64,000 nt of DNA from Geosiphon pyriformis uo1. Its lineage: Eukaryota; Fungi; Glomeromycota. Below are positions 11,279 through 30,835 of this stretch, in pieces (position 1 is the stretch's first letter; every line of letters starts with the position of its first letter). Position numbers and translations under genes: made by a program. The notes under the pieces are model-generated. The model saw only the letters and a list, made by a program, of their open reading frames with translations, searched no databases and was not told where the DNA came from. Location: positions 1 to 64,000 of the forward strand of contig JAAOMT010000097.1 of NCBI GenBank assembly GCA_016748015.1, in the 5' to 3' direction.

Positions 11279-13066
11279 ATAAAGAAGTTTGCCAAAGGCT
11301 TTGGTGCTGATACTGTTAGTAAGAATGTTGCCTCTAGGAAAAAAAGAAAAGGTGGTGTTCTAAAAGATGGTGCAGCTTAAAAAATGGTTTTGTCTAATAA
11401 AACAGTTGGTAGTTCTTGGGGGTCTGAAGCTGGGGATACTGAATCCGACAGTGTGGACATGGAAAAGGAGTTTTTGGTTGAAAAAACTAGTGTGGATTAT
11501 GGGAAAAGAAATTTTTTGGGAAGAAAAAACAGTAACCAAACACCTAAAAGACTTAGGGTAGTTACTAAGCAAGCTTTGAATAAACCTCTGAGCAAAATTA
11601 ATTTTCTGGGTAACAATAATAATGATAATGTTCTGTCAGATGGTCTTTTAGAACTTCCTCCTCCTTTAAAAAATTTGGTTAATGTCTCTGTTTGGAAGTT
11701 GTTTGCTCTGGATATTGGATTGGAAAAAGTGACTGGAAGATTCTCTCAAGAAAAGCTTTCTGTGGTCAGGAAATTATTTTTGGGAATTAATGGTTTTGGG
11801 GGGGCTTCTACCTCCTCAAAATTTGCTGGGATCATCAGAGCGACATTTACTTCCGAATCAAGCTTAATGCAGGCTTCAAAAAAGGCTGGGGATGTGAAGA
11901 TCTTAGTTAATACTAATTTCAAGAAATCAACTGGTCAATCAGATCAGGCTGTGATGGTAAAGGAAATCCCAGTTGGGACATCAGCTGAGGTTGTGTGTGC
12001 TATGCTTTCTGGATTTAGTTCTGTTGTGTCGATTAAAATACAATTGGTAGAGTTATGGCAAAAAGCTGTGATTAAATTTGCCCAATTGGATCAGACTGAT
12101 TTGGTCACAACTAGATGATCCATCTTGATCGGAAAGGATGCTGTGAGAGTGGTTAAGGCTAATTTGGACAAGGAATCATGGGATGCAAGGGATCAGTATA
12201 GGACTTTGCTTTATACACTGCCGATGAGCACTAACACACATAATATCTGGGACTTTATTGGTTCTGTGAGTGAGAAGACATGTGTCATTAATTGACACTC
12301 TGTTATATATGCCTGGGCCAGGTGTGCTATTGTTTGTTTTAACTCTGCTGCTTTAATTAATGCTGTTATGGAAACTATGCCTGTCTTAAAGGGCACCAAT
12401 CTGTGTTGGGTTCACCTAAGTTCTACTAAGTGTACTAAGTATAGGAATTTGGGTCATATATCTCTGAGTTGTTCTGTGGGTGGGAAAAATTCTTCTGGTG
12501 AACTGGCTTGCAGAATATTGTCTGAGGATGATAAAAGCAGACTGGCTTCTATTTATGCAAGATGTTTTGCTTCAATCTCCTGTCCTGTGTTTTTTGGTGG
12601 TGTCTCTTGGGCCAATATTGTTGGTGGGTCTTCTTTCTCTTCTCTTCCTGTATGCAATGACTTAGCTTCTTCTGGTTCCTCTTCAGAGATGAAACCTACC
12701 CTGATGGTGTTTGTGAAATTAAATGATAGGTTTGCCACTCTTGAGCATAGTCTTGCCAGTCTCGTGGAATGTGTTGATAAGTTGGCTAAGAGATTGAACT
12801 CACCTAGACCAATAGTTTCCCAGCCTAGCCCTGGATGTCAGCCATTGGTGACCCCTTTATCACAGAATCAAGGGGTGGATATAGTGATAAGTGAGGGTTC
12901 GAGTGTGGCCACTGGTGGTGAGACTATTGCAGGAGTGGCAGTTTTTGACTCTTCAGTTATCTCTAAGTTGGAAGAAACTCTGAACAATCTTTCAGTCACA
13001 GTTATGGGCCTCTTGGCCAAAATTGACAATGCTGGTCTGGTTCCTGCTGTTCATTCTTTTCAATGA
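11279..13066 (+). pseudogene. LINE ORF1 (gag-like: RRM-like region, CCHC knuckle, coiled coil)
   Basis: Single frame with stops; decayed knuckle KCTKYRNLGHISLSC; start codon appears as ATA where the minus copy has ATG (IMRK). Confidence 0.85.
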
Positions 13067-16000
13067 TGAGTCTGATTTGAAAAATTGCAACATGCAATGT
13101 TTGTGGTATCAATGTCCCTGCCAAGCAGAAAGATATTGTTTGTTGGCATATGAATTCTGAAAATATGGTTTCTATTATTACAGAGACAAAGTTGAAATCT
13201 AATATCAGGCCTTGGATTATGAACAAATTTGATGGGGTGAGAATATTTTCTTCTGGTTTAGACAAAGAATTTCTTGGTGCTGGGGTGGCAATCATTATAA
13301 ACAACTCCCTTGCCTGTTATGTGTCTAAAGTTGAGAAGATTTCTAGTCATTTGGTTTTCATTCAGTTTTTTTTCAAAGACAAATTGTCAGTAGTGATTTT
13401 GGGCTTATATGCAGATGCTTCTGCTGAAACAAGATTTGGCCAAGCTTGCAAAATCAACTGTATTATTGCCAAGGCTGCTAATTCCTCCACATTTGTGGTT
13501 TTGGGTGGTAATTTCAATGAAAATGGATCTAAAAAGAGTGCTAGTTTTAAGTTTTGTTCAAATTTAGGGTTGGTTAACTCTTTTAATAGACATTCTTTGG
13601 TCAAAGCTTCTACTTGGACCAATTTCCGGGGTTCCATGAAAGTTATTGACTATATTTTTGTGAGCAAGAATTTGTTGTCCATATTGGCTGGTCATGAAGT
13701 TGCTCCTGTCTCTGAATTCTTTGACACTGATTATAATGCTGTTCTGGTCTCAATTGGTTTAGGTGGTCTCTTGAATGCCCAGCTCAATGGTGAATGTAAA
13801 CAGGCCAATAAAAATAAGTGGAAATTCAAGATCAAGGACGCAGATGATAGTAAATAGACACACTTTAGGGAATATTCTTTAAACAAGTTTCTGGAATATA
13901 TGGATGAGTTCAATGCTGCAAAGGACTTTAAAAATTTGAATGTTATGTGGGAGATTTTTAAGAGAGTGGTTATAAGCTCAGCTGATAATGTGGTTTCTAG
14001 ACACTGGTTTAGTGAGTTCGATTGTCAGAAAAATAAGCAGTCTTCAAAATTTTTTAGGCTAGAATTGTTGGTGGCCAAGCTAATGAGGTGTGTAAGTTTA
14101 GGTCAGAAATCAGAAGCTGTCCGCTTTTTTGAAGTGTGGTCTACTCTTGATAGTAAGGGGGCCTCCAAAGCATGCACGATGTTTAGTAATAATGAGAGCA
14201 AAAAGAGCATTCTTCAACACCTATCAGAAGTCAAGAAATTATACAGAAAGTTCAAATACTATGAGTCTAGGGCAGCCAGAGATACTTCAATCAGAAAGGC
14301 AATAGACAAGCGCATGGAAAACTTCAGCTCCAATAAAGAGCTTATGATCAAAAGTGTTTTGGAAAAACCATTCAGGAAGGTAGTGTTGGATCATTTGATT
14401 GTGGATGATGAGTTAATTTTGGAACCCAAGGAAGTTTTATCTGCTGTTAATAGTATCATGGAAGATTGGACTAGAAAACGGATTGCTCCTATCTCTGTGT
14501 TTGTTCAATGGTATAACCAATATGCTCCCTTGGATTATGTCAGTAATAATGCATTTTCAAATGTTATGAGTGTGATTAGATCAGATGAGTTTCTTTTGGT
14601 GGTCAACAAACTGCCTGATGGAAAAGCTGTTGGCATTTCTGGTATTTCTAATGAGCTTTAGAAGCATGAAAACATGCAGGTTCTGAGTAATTTGTTGGAC
14701 ATTCTCAATGTTTATTTGAAGTTGGGTGTGGTCCCTCTGCAGTAGAGACAAGCCTGGATTTTTATGATACCAAAGCCATATAACTAAGAGGGGACTCTTA
14801 CCAATACCAGACCTATAGCCTTAGTTGAGATAACCAGAAAGATACTATTGAAGGTTTTTTCTGACAGAATATCTCTGGCATACAGTAAATTTGATGTTCT
14901 CCATGGTGATAATTTCTCAGTTCTGAAGAGTACATCTACTCAAATCCCAATTTTTACCATTGGCTCTATCATTGAGGATGCACTGGAAAAGAATAGAGAG
15001 CTGTGGCTGGTACTTCAAGATATGCGAAAGGCTTATGACTCAGTTGGATGGCCCTATTTGAGAAAAAGTTTAGTTAGAATCAAAATGTGTTCCCATTTTA
15101 TTGAGTTTTTTGGGAACATACACAATAGTCGGACCAACCAGGTAATAACAAACTTTGGGCTTACTGGGGAGTACACTGTTTATGATGGATTGGATTAAGG
15201 AGAAATCTTCTCACTGTTGCTATAGAGAATCTTCTATGATCCTCTATTTTGTGAGATCAAAAAGCATGAACAATTGTGTAAATATAGATTGGAGTCAAAA
15301 TTTATTACTAGAACTGGCAGAGCTGATTCCAAGGGTGGCAAAACATCTTTTTTTGCAGCTGGTGCTTTTGTGGACAATACTATTTGGGTTGGGAACTGCC
15401 TGGTGGCTACACAGCGCATTTTGAACATTGCAAGTAATTTCTTCTTAATCAATAATATTGCTATTAATACAAACAAAACAGTTGCTATTCCTATTAATCA
15501 AGAGTCCAGAAAGGTTTTATTGTCTATTAGTGGTTCCAAAATCTCTATTGCCAAAAAGAGTGAATCTTATCATTACTTAGAGATTTTTATTTCTATGGAT
15601 GGCATGTCTAAACCAAGCTTGGCCAAAGCTCATTCAGATGTCAAGTTTTTCTCTAATGTGGTTTTAAGGAAAGCTATTACTGAGAAGCAATTTCTGTATT
15701 TTGTCTCTGCTATTCTGCAGCCCATAATTGGATATAGGTTGTAGTTTAGCTGTGTTTTCCAGAGTGCATGTAAGAAGTGGGACAAAATATTAAGAAAGAG
15801 TTTGAAGCTCAAGGCCAATCTGCCCAAAAATTTTCCGAATGAAGCTTTGTATTATCCTGAGCTTTATGGCTTAAAAACTTTTGAGCAAGTGATGTCTGAG
15901 AATATGTTGGCTGGCCTGGTTAAATTTGCTAATACTGACAGAATCTTTGGTGAATTATTCGAACACAGAGCATTGGAGTTGCAGGCCACTAGCTGGATGC

Positions 16001-17751
16001 CCCAGCACCTATTCAAATTTCTGATCAAGTTACTGGTCAATTCTGCAAATTGTTTTTTGGCTGGCACTACACATGTTCTCAAATTGTGCAACCTGTTATT
16101 GAGCAGTGACCTGTCTGATGTTTTTCAGGCCAGAAATTGTGTTGCTATCTTGAATGTGCTTGGTTTTGAGGCCTATTTGGGCATAGTAAAGTCTCTTAAA
16201 AAATACAGTATGGTGTTTGTGAACCAGCTTCTGAACTGCCATGGCAAGTGTTTTACGTGGAACACTTTTCACAAGTAGAAGAGACTGGATCCTAGAGACC
16301 CAGTTCCTGTCTGGTTTGCTTCTTTGGTCAAATTTATTATTGGTGGCGACTTGTCAAATAGTGAGTTGTTGTCTCTCCATTCTGCTCCAGCTGGCTTTTC
16401 TTGTGACTTTAGCTATGTTAGTAAGCATCTACTGAATTCTGGGTTGGGCTCTATACCTGTCTACACTAATGGTTCTGTAAAGAATTTGGGTTTATTATGT
16501 GCTTGTGATGGTGCCGCCACCTATTTTCTGAATGTAGACACTGGTGTTAGGGTTAAGATGGATGGGTTGCTGTCATCAACTTTGGCAGAAATGCAGGCCA
16601 TTGCACTTGCTTTGGAGTGTATGCCCATTTCTCATTCAGTTGATTTATATACAGACAGTCAAGCTTCGCTGGACATATGTATATCTGCCAGTAGTATGTC
16701 TGGTCCCAACTTCCATAACAAATGCTGGATCAAAAAAGAACATATTCACCATGTTATTGCAAAAAAAGACTTGTTGGTTATGTAAAATAAGGTTAAAGAC
16801 CATTTTGGTGTGGTTGGAAACAAATGTGCTGATTTCTATGCTAACACAGCTGTCACTTCTAAGTTCTTCTTACCTATTGCAGTACCTTATCAATTTCTCA
16901 TTGTTGAAGGCAAATCTGTCTTTGAGAATGCTCATCATATTGCCAAAAAACTATTCAATGCTGTTTACACTGTTGGTTGGGAAGCCAGATGTGTTGATAG
17001 TGTTGTTAATATGGGTCTCGATAATTATTTTGATAAAGCCAGGATCTTTTGTGTTTGGCATCCTGATGACAGAATCAAATCTGGTCACACGAGCACTGCA
17101 TTGGCGACACTTTGGTCATATCTCATGAAGACGCTTCATTATTGTTTGCCTGTGGCCAAGAGGAAAAAGATGTATAATCTGAGTTATTCAAGTATTGCCT
17201 GCATTTGGTGTGGTTTGGTGGAAGACTCTGATCATGTTTTCTCTTGTGACCATGATGTAGATGTTAGAAATACCTTGTTATCTGATGCTAATTTGGAGTG
17301 GGATGTGTTGCTAGGTGCTTCTGCCAATGGGAATGCAATTGCTGGTTCACTAAATGAGACTGCCTCTTCTATGGACTTGTATATAGTGCTGGCTAAGGGT
17401 TTTGTGTTGAAGAGTTGGGTGGTTAACATGGTGGGCTGGTTGGGTGCTGACTCTGATGAGGGTACATTGGTTGTCAATTTCATTTGTTGTTTTACTAAGA
17501 ATTACAGATCTGCCATCTGGCTGCCTGTGGCTAAGTTGAGAGTTTACTATAAGAAACATAATTTCTTGCCATGTGATGAATTGCCTATTTCTTTGGTGTC
17601 TGGTTTAGCCTTTTTGTGATCAGCTGGGATGATCCAGAATTTTGGTTTCAAGCTAGGTATCCATGTGTGTTTTGGATTGCATCCATGTTTAACCAGTTTG
17701 GATTTTGGTTTTCTCTGTGGTATTCCTGTAGTGGGGGGTTTGGATGTGTAG
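13063..17751 (+). pseudogene. LINE ORF2: APE endonuclease, reverse transcriptase, RNase H, CCHC zinc finger; 11 in-frame stops and no frameshift
   Basis: IATCNV, ETKL, GGNFN, IDYIF (APE); RPIAL, QDMRKAYDSV, GLD*G, FVDNT, YLEIF (RT); YTNGS, AEMQA, YTDSQ, GNKCAD (RNase H); CIWC...HVFSC. All ORF-track fragments are in the same frame. Confidence 0.93.
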
Positions 17752-17759
17752 TGCTGCCT

Positions 17760-17883
17760 TAATTGGCCCGAGTGGCTGGTCACATGTAGACAAGACATGA
17801 ACCATGCTTAATTTAGGTTAATTTTGATCTATGTACTTAGGTAGTGATTGGGCTGCACTTGTAAAAAGCTTAATAAAAAAAAA
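17760..17883 (+). other. LINE 3' UTR tail with tandem stem-loops
   Basis: TAATTGGCC-CGAGT-GGCTGGTCA and CATGT-AGACAAG-ACATG hairpins, then AGTGATTGGGC...TTGT and the A-tail; shared with the ORF1-only family. Confidence 0.7.
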
Positions 17884-17939
17884 TAATAATAATATGTAAA
17901 TTATTAAAAATTAAATAATATTTTTTCTTTTTCTTATTT

Positions 17940-20125
17940 TATAATTATGACTAAAGCAAAAAATAAAAAAGTTTTAAATATTACTTTTCTTATAATAATT
18001 AATAAAGTTTCAACAAAAAAGAGTTTTTTTATTGTTAAAACAGTTAAACAAAATGTTTTGACAATATTTTTTTAAATATTAATAGTTAAAAACTGTTTTT
18101 GGCAACTTTTATAATATTTTTTTACTTTTAGCTAATGATTTTTTTTAGTTAAAGTTTTTTTTAAGAAACACATTTAAATTAATTTTAATATTATTTTTAC
18201 TCCTTTTGAAAGCTTTAAAATTTTTAACAACAGACTAATTAATAAGTTATTTTTTTTTATTTTATTACTAATATTATTACTACTTTTGTATAAATAACCA
18301 AAAAGACCAAAAAATCAAAAAAACAACAGCAATTACTTGTATTTGTTATTGTTATACTAAATTTCTTTATAATTTTAGATAAAATTTTGAATAAAATTTC
18401 TCCAATAACAACTAGTTTTGTTCTTAATGTGAACAAAAACAACAATATGTCTTTTAAAATAAATTAAGATTAATTATTAGTTGTATTGCCAAATATGGTG
18501 TTTTTTAGCAGATTATTATCAGTTCTAAAAACAAATCAACTTATTAAGTTACTTAATTTTAAGAATTAGAGTAATTAAATAAAAACTGAATTAATTTCTA
18601 CTTCTTTGTTTTTTGGTGCTGTCTTTAATAGTATTTGTAAAACAATCTTCAATTGTTAAAAGTTCTCTGAGTAAATAGGTTCTATTTTAATATTTAGTTC
18701 TATTTTTAAAATTAAATTGGTCTTAATTAATTTTTTGTTTTATCTATTGTCTGGTTTTATTAAATTTAAATTAGTTTTTAAAGACAATATCAAATTGTTC
18801 TGTGTAAATTTTGCTTTTGAAATTTTTTTAATTGTTGTTATTAATGTTATTATTAGTAATTTTTTTTTAAGATTGCAAACTTTTTTGTTGTAATTTTTGG
18901 CTTTTTTTTTTATATTTGTTGTATTTTATAATATCTTTTTTGACATATTTTTTAATAATATTAAGAATGTTTTTAGTGTTTTTAGTGTTATTACTTTAAT
19001 AAAGTTAAAGTTTACTGGCTTGTAACAATATACTATTGTGAATTTTAAGAATTCTTTTTTTACTGTTACTATTTTTAATAATTGGTTTGTTTTGGTTAAA
19101 AAAAATAGTATTCAAATTTTTTTAATTATACTGTTTTTAAAATTAGTAATATGATTTCTTAAATTAATAGTTATATTTGTTTTACTCTTTATTTTCTTAA
19201 TTTTTATTATTGTTAATACTTTATTGTTATTATTTTTGAAGTTTATAAAATATTAAAGCTTGTTATAACTAAAACTAATATTCTGTGTAAATATTATATC
19301 TGGTAAAAAACTTTTAGATACTATTATTATTACAAATATTAGAATTTAGACTATTTATTTATTAATTGTGAAGTGTTTTTACCTATTTTTTTTGTTTTTT
19401 TTTTAAATTTGTTGTTAGTTTTAGACTTTTTATATTATTTTTTATTAATAGAATGTTTTATGCTATAGTTTCTGTCTTTTTTGTTTTTTTTTTGCTGTTT
19501 TTTTGGTTATTTTTGCTACTAATTCTGTTGTTAAGTCTAAGTTAAATTTATTAAAATTTCAGATTTTAAGTTTGGCTATTTTGGTAAAGTTTATTATTAA
19601 ATTTATTGGTTTTTTAGTTATTTTAATCGCTTTTTTTATGTTTGAAAATATGTGTAAGAATCACAAAATTGAAAAAAATTTGCTTATTATATTTAATGCT
19701 TGTTTTTTTTAGTTAGTGTATTTAAAAACTTTGCTAATTTAAAGTTAAAGTTAAATTTAATAATATAAATAATAATAATTTAAATGTTGTTAAAGTGTAT
19801 TTTTTAAGTAAAAAAACATATAATTATATAATTACTTTGTAATAAATATGTGGTTCTAAAATTAAAAATAGTATTAAAAAACTAAATTGTATTTTAGTGA
19901 TTTTATTTTTGATTTTAAAAATTTGAATAGTATTATTAAAAAACTTAGAAAACAGAGTTTATTTTTAGTTCTTTTTAATTTAACTTAATTACTGTTTTAA
20001 TTAATTTAAGTAGTTAATTATATGTAAAAAGTATATAAGTCATATTTAATCTAAATTACTTAGTTTGGTGTATTGTATTAGATAGTAGTTAAATACACAT
20101 TGTTAAAATGTAATAAAATAATAAT
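17940..20125 (+). mobile_element. ORF1-only non-autonomous LINE derivative (family E), heavily mutated
   Basis: Starts MTKAKNKK; colinear with 33160-35400 and 47195-49489; ends in a decayed LINE 3' tail plus A/(AAT)n tail. Confidence 0.75.
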
Positions 20126-21143
20126 AATAATAATAATAATAATAGCAATATTAAAAATTTAAAAAAAACAGTTGTTTTAGTATATAATATTAAATTAACA
20201 AATTAATTAATAAATATTTTAAATTTAATTAATAAGTAAAAATAAGTTTAAAAGTTTTAAAATAAACAATAATATATTATTATAAATTAACAAATTTTAA
20301 TATAATTAACAAAAATAATTAAGAAAATATTATAAAAAGTAATAATTACAAAAACAAAAATAAATTTAAAAACCACAACAGATTTTACAAATTTTATAAA
20401 TAAAAATTAACAAACTTAATTTTGGTAATAGTATTTAAAAAAATTAAAATATAAATTTTATATAAAAAATTTAATATTATTTTTAATAAAAAAATTGTTA
20501 TTAATATTAATATGTATGTTATTGTAATTGTGAAACATGTATAAATAATTTAAGCAATTGTTTATTGTCGTTTTTTATATTCTTTTTAAGAGTTTAAATA
20601 AAAAGAAAAATTGAAAAAACCAAATTTAAATAAATTAGGTAATCTAATTGGCAATTTTAAAAATAATGTTGTTAAATTGTCAAACTCAGTAATTATATGT
20701 TAAATCTTTTAACATATATAAAACAATAAAAGTTTATTCAACAGCCATTTGATTTTTTATTTAAATATCTCATCATTTTTCAGAATAAACTTCTTTTCCA
20801 ACATTAATTATATTACGAAATAGGAATCAGATAATTATTTATATTGGAACAGTTATTTTAGTTAGCTTAAAATAGTTCAGCTAAAGATTGATCGAGTATT
20901 TGTGTTACCACATCTTTTTTCCATTTCCAATAAATTCGAAACTTATTATGTTACAATAAAAAACTTGCGGGTGCAAAATCACAGTCATCAGCTAATGCTT
21001 ATTGTGGAAGTTAACGAATAGTTATCGCGGTGAAAAGAATAAGGTAGATGAGTTGAAGGCATAACCGACTCTTGAATTTTGAAAAGATCAATTATAAAAA
21101 GTCAATTCAAAACCGAACAAGAGCCTAAACTGAATCGATACCG

Positions 21144-25654
<4,511 letters not shown>

Positions 25655-25749
25655 GTTAGCTGGGACAAAATTCTGAGTAAATTGTTAATTTACAAAATGA
25701 AAAATTGAGCCGTGATAGCATTTTTCAATTAAACATATCAACATTTAAC

Positions 25750-25837
25750 ATAGTACAGTATAGTATAGTATAGTATAGTATAGTATATGATGACATTTGA
25801 TCAAATTAGTCAAGTTGTGTTAGAAAGTTAAAACTAA

Positions 25838-25880
<43 letters not shown>
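25750..25880. repeat. Microsatellites (TAGTA)n and (AAT)n upstream of PRP22
   Basis: Read directly. Further (AAT)n runs occur at about 20116, 26431, 32450 and 32800. Confidence 0.85.
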
Positions 25881-25885
<5 letters not shown>

Positions 25886-25901
25886 GACAAATCATAATTA
25901 T

Positions 25902-25932
<31 letters not shown>

Positions 25933-26429
25933 TGGTATTGTTTTAAGAAAATTATCAAATTTATATTTTTTAATTATTATTTTTTATATTGAGAATAAAA
26001 AAAAGTATTAATAGTTATTAATTTATCAAAAAAAGAAAATTTGCACATATAAAATGTTATTAAATAAAATAGAAAAAATCAATAATAATAATAATAAGTT
26101 AAAAATCAATAATTAATATTAATTAGACTAAAAATTTTTGATAAAACAAGAAAAATATTATATAAAATATTATTAAATAAAAAACCATTTATTTTCAAAT
26201 TATACATTTTAATTTAAAATTTGTTAAATTAAAAAATATTTTAGTTTTTTTAATTTACTTGATAATTGCTTTTGTAAAATTTAATATATTAATAAACATT
26301 GTATTAATTTTTAAAAATTATATAATTTTAAAACTTAATAATAAAAAATATTAATACTATTAAAAAAATAATTACACAATATTTTAACAAATTAAAACAA
26401 AATAAGTATGTTTAATATTATTAAAATAA

Positions 26430-26473
<44 letters not shown>

Positions 26474-27485
26474 TAATAAAACAAAATTTTAAAATAATAA
26501 TTAATAAATATTAAATAAGTATTATATTTTTTGTAATTAATTATAATTTAATATTATAATTATGTAATAATTTAAATTATATTGTTTATAATTTATTAAG
26601 ATAATATTAATTATTTAAAATATTTGTTAAAATTTTAATTTAATAAAAAATATATGCGTAAATATTAAATATATAATACGTATAATGACATAATGTCAAC
26701 CAAATATTGATTATTTGATTATTTGATATATAACTCTTTGAACCAATATTTATTGATTGTGAATACAGAAGCAATAAAATCGATGAAAATCTTCCTTTTT
26801 AATTTAAAGATATCTTCTTTTTGGTCTTATGAAACTGGTAATCTATGGCGCGCATGAATATTATCTATTTCAAGTGTACTTAAATTAGTACGTTTAAAAT
26901 CAAAAGTTAGACATCGTTAAAAGCAAAGTTAGAAATCTATTTTACCTTATTTCTACTTTGGCCCTTGTTATTATCTATTAGAATTGCCGCGTACTTAAAG
27001 ATCTACTGATAATTTAATTGTGTTAAATATATATTCATTTGTGAAAAGGTTTCAAAGTTTATATTAAATCGTTTTTTTATACTTTTTATCCTAAACACAC
27101 CCGGGTTTATGTAAGCTTGAGGTAAAACCATAAAACCTCAGTGATCAGTATTATTTACAAGATCATATCTTGTAATATTGGCCAAGTACATTCGGTTAAC
27201 AAAGGAGTCCAAAGAAATAATCGTGGAAATAATTTAAAATTCCTCCAATATAGGAATAGAAGAGGAAAAATGTATAAACAATTCTATTTAATGGAATAAA
27301 TTAGTAAAATTATATTAGAATTAGAATTAGAATTAGGAAATCTATTCTAAAATTGATTAAAAATAATAGCGATTAAAATTTTTTAGATAAAAATATTGCC
27401 CAACATCTTCGAAATTACCTATATATATTTATAACAAATCTACATTTATTCTCTCTTCACCTTCCAACCACCATCCCACAAATAA

Positions 27486-29099
<1,614 letters not shown>

Positions 29100-29759
29100 T
29101 TACAAGATTTTGGCAAAATTGATCTAGATGTAATATTTTTTGCAATTCTCAATAAGGATATCCTCTTAACGTATCAGCAGGCAGTTTTTGAAAAGGGTTC
29201 GAGATGTTATTGAAGGTCGTGTAAAAGGGTGAATGTCGAAGGTTTTCGCGAAATTGATCCTGGCTTAGGGCAAGGACAAAAGACTATAGCTGAGTTTGTC
29301 GAAGGGCCTTATATAGGTGAGCAAGGAAATTCGATGATATTTTCGCTGTGTAGTTATGCGAAAGAGGGAGGCTGAAAATTTTAGCTAATTCACCTGGATA
29401 ATTGTTTTGTAACAGGTGCTGGAAGTGCAGCACTTTAGCTTTAATTCTTGAGATTTTGAGTTCTGGAACGCAGTTCTAAAGTTAAGGGTCGGATGATCCC
29501 TGATCATGTAAGTTACACATTAATAATTATGTAATCCTATTAATATAGTTGTATTTAATTTTTTTTTTATTCATTTAACAATACTTTAAAACCAAAAAAC
29601 AAAAAATATTAAAATAATAATAAAAATAACAAAAATTTTATAATGAAATAAAATTTTATTTACTTTAAATTAATTCATAATTTATAAAAAATGTTTATTT
29701 TAAAGTTTTATTATAATTTAAATATTATAATTGCTAATTTAATAATTTAAATAATAAAA

Positions 29760-29935
29760 CCTTTTTATAATTACAGCCAAAGCAAAAAATAAAATAAAAA
29801 ACAATTTTTTTTTTTTAATTTTTATTATTATAACTTTTTTAAAAGCTTTTTCAATTGTAAAAACAGTTAAACAGTACTTTATAAAAATATTTCTTTTAAA
29901 TAATACAAAAAACAAACCAGTTTTTAACTGTTAAA
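29760..29935 (+). mobile_element. 5' fragment of family E
   Basis: ttttataattacagccaaagcaaaaaataa and caattgtaaaaacagttaaacag match the family E 5' ends. Confidence 0.45.
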
Positions 29936-30516
29936 AGAAAAACTTTTTAACTTTAAGTAAAAATTATTTTTATTTAAAGAACAATTATAATATTTTTGTT
30001 GTTTTTATAAAAAAATGTAATTAATTCTTTTGAAATATACCGAAAAATAAAAAATATTTTCTATACTTTAAAATAATATCATTTCACAAATTGTTTTAAT
30101 ATTTCGTTATCATAAAAATGCCATAATGAAAAAATATATTAATAAACCTATTATATTAGGATAATTTTAAGTTATTGTAATATTTTTTGTTGTAATTCAT
30201 CACAATCTATCAATTCAAGATATGAAATTACTTGATCAGAATTGAATTTTTTGTTAATTCACCACTATCGACCTATTTTATATATTATACAAGAAACCCT
30301 TAAAGTAAATTCATAGGTATTTTCAAAATCTCTTAATTCTGAAGCTTCCGAAGAAATAATTTGATAACAGGAAATCAATTATTCCAAATATTAAAAGTTC
30401 AATTTCAATTCTCCCCTTGGCATTTTGTTTAGATATTCTAGCTTAGTTCGTTCCACCGGTGGATTAAAGATCCTATCCCAAATAATTAATCACTCGCCAT
30501 TTGAGCGTCATAACCA

Positions 30517-30835
30517 TTAGCTGGAATCTGATGCTACAAGTTTGACGGCATATTCGAGTAAAATAGGTGCTATGTACAAGAAATTGGTGGTTGGAAAAAT
30601 ATAGTTATAAAATTAGCAGTTATAATACAATCAAAAGAATGAATAAATTTAAAAATTTGTTCACTAGAACAAACTGTCAAAGATTTGGAGATAAAACTAA
30701 ATGTTACCAACCAACTCGGATGAGTGCAACGGACCATATGAAGCTGATAACACTTTTTTTAACCAAATCGCGTTGAAGAAGTTTTTCTTGACGATTTAAT
30801 CTCGGCTGTTGTGGCATGAACATTGCTGCGGGCAT
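30517..30835 (-). CDS. TOM5: Mitochondrial outer membrane translocase subunit Tom5 (2 exons: 30835-30712 and 30569-30517; 58 aa)
   Basis: Spliced product MPAAMFMPQQPRLNRQEKLLQRDLVKKSVISFIWSVALIRVAPILLEYAVKLVASDSS*. It resembles the Tom5 pattern (MF start, then S..NF...VAL.RV.P.IL TM segment with conserved Pro). GT...GCTAAT...TAG intron. Confidence 0.85.

Larger units (their letters stand above)
11148..17883 (+). mobile_element. Full-length LINE copy 2 (ORF1 plus APE-RT-RNase H-CCHC ORF2, structured 3' UTR, poly(A))
   Basis: Complete domain order; AATAAA and A-tail at about 17871-17883; its 5' end matches the 5' end of the minus copy. The 5' boundary is approximate. Confidence 0.95.

Noticed and set aside
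13063-17751. Alternative genetic code (stop read as Trp/Gln) explaining the in-frame stops
   Set aside because: Host genes use the standard code, stops differ between copies, and catalytic D>N changes accompany them.
27100-27145. Hairpin TGAGGT...ACCTCA as an ncRNA
   Set aside because: Short stem with no recognisable RNA family motif; probably ESA1 3' flank.
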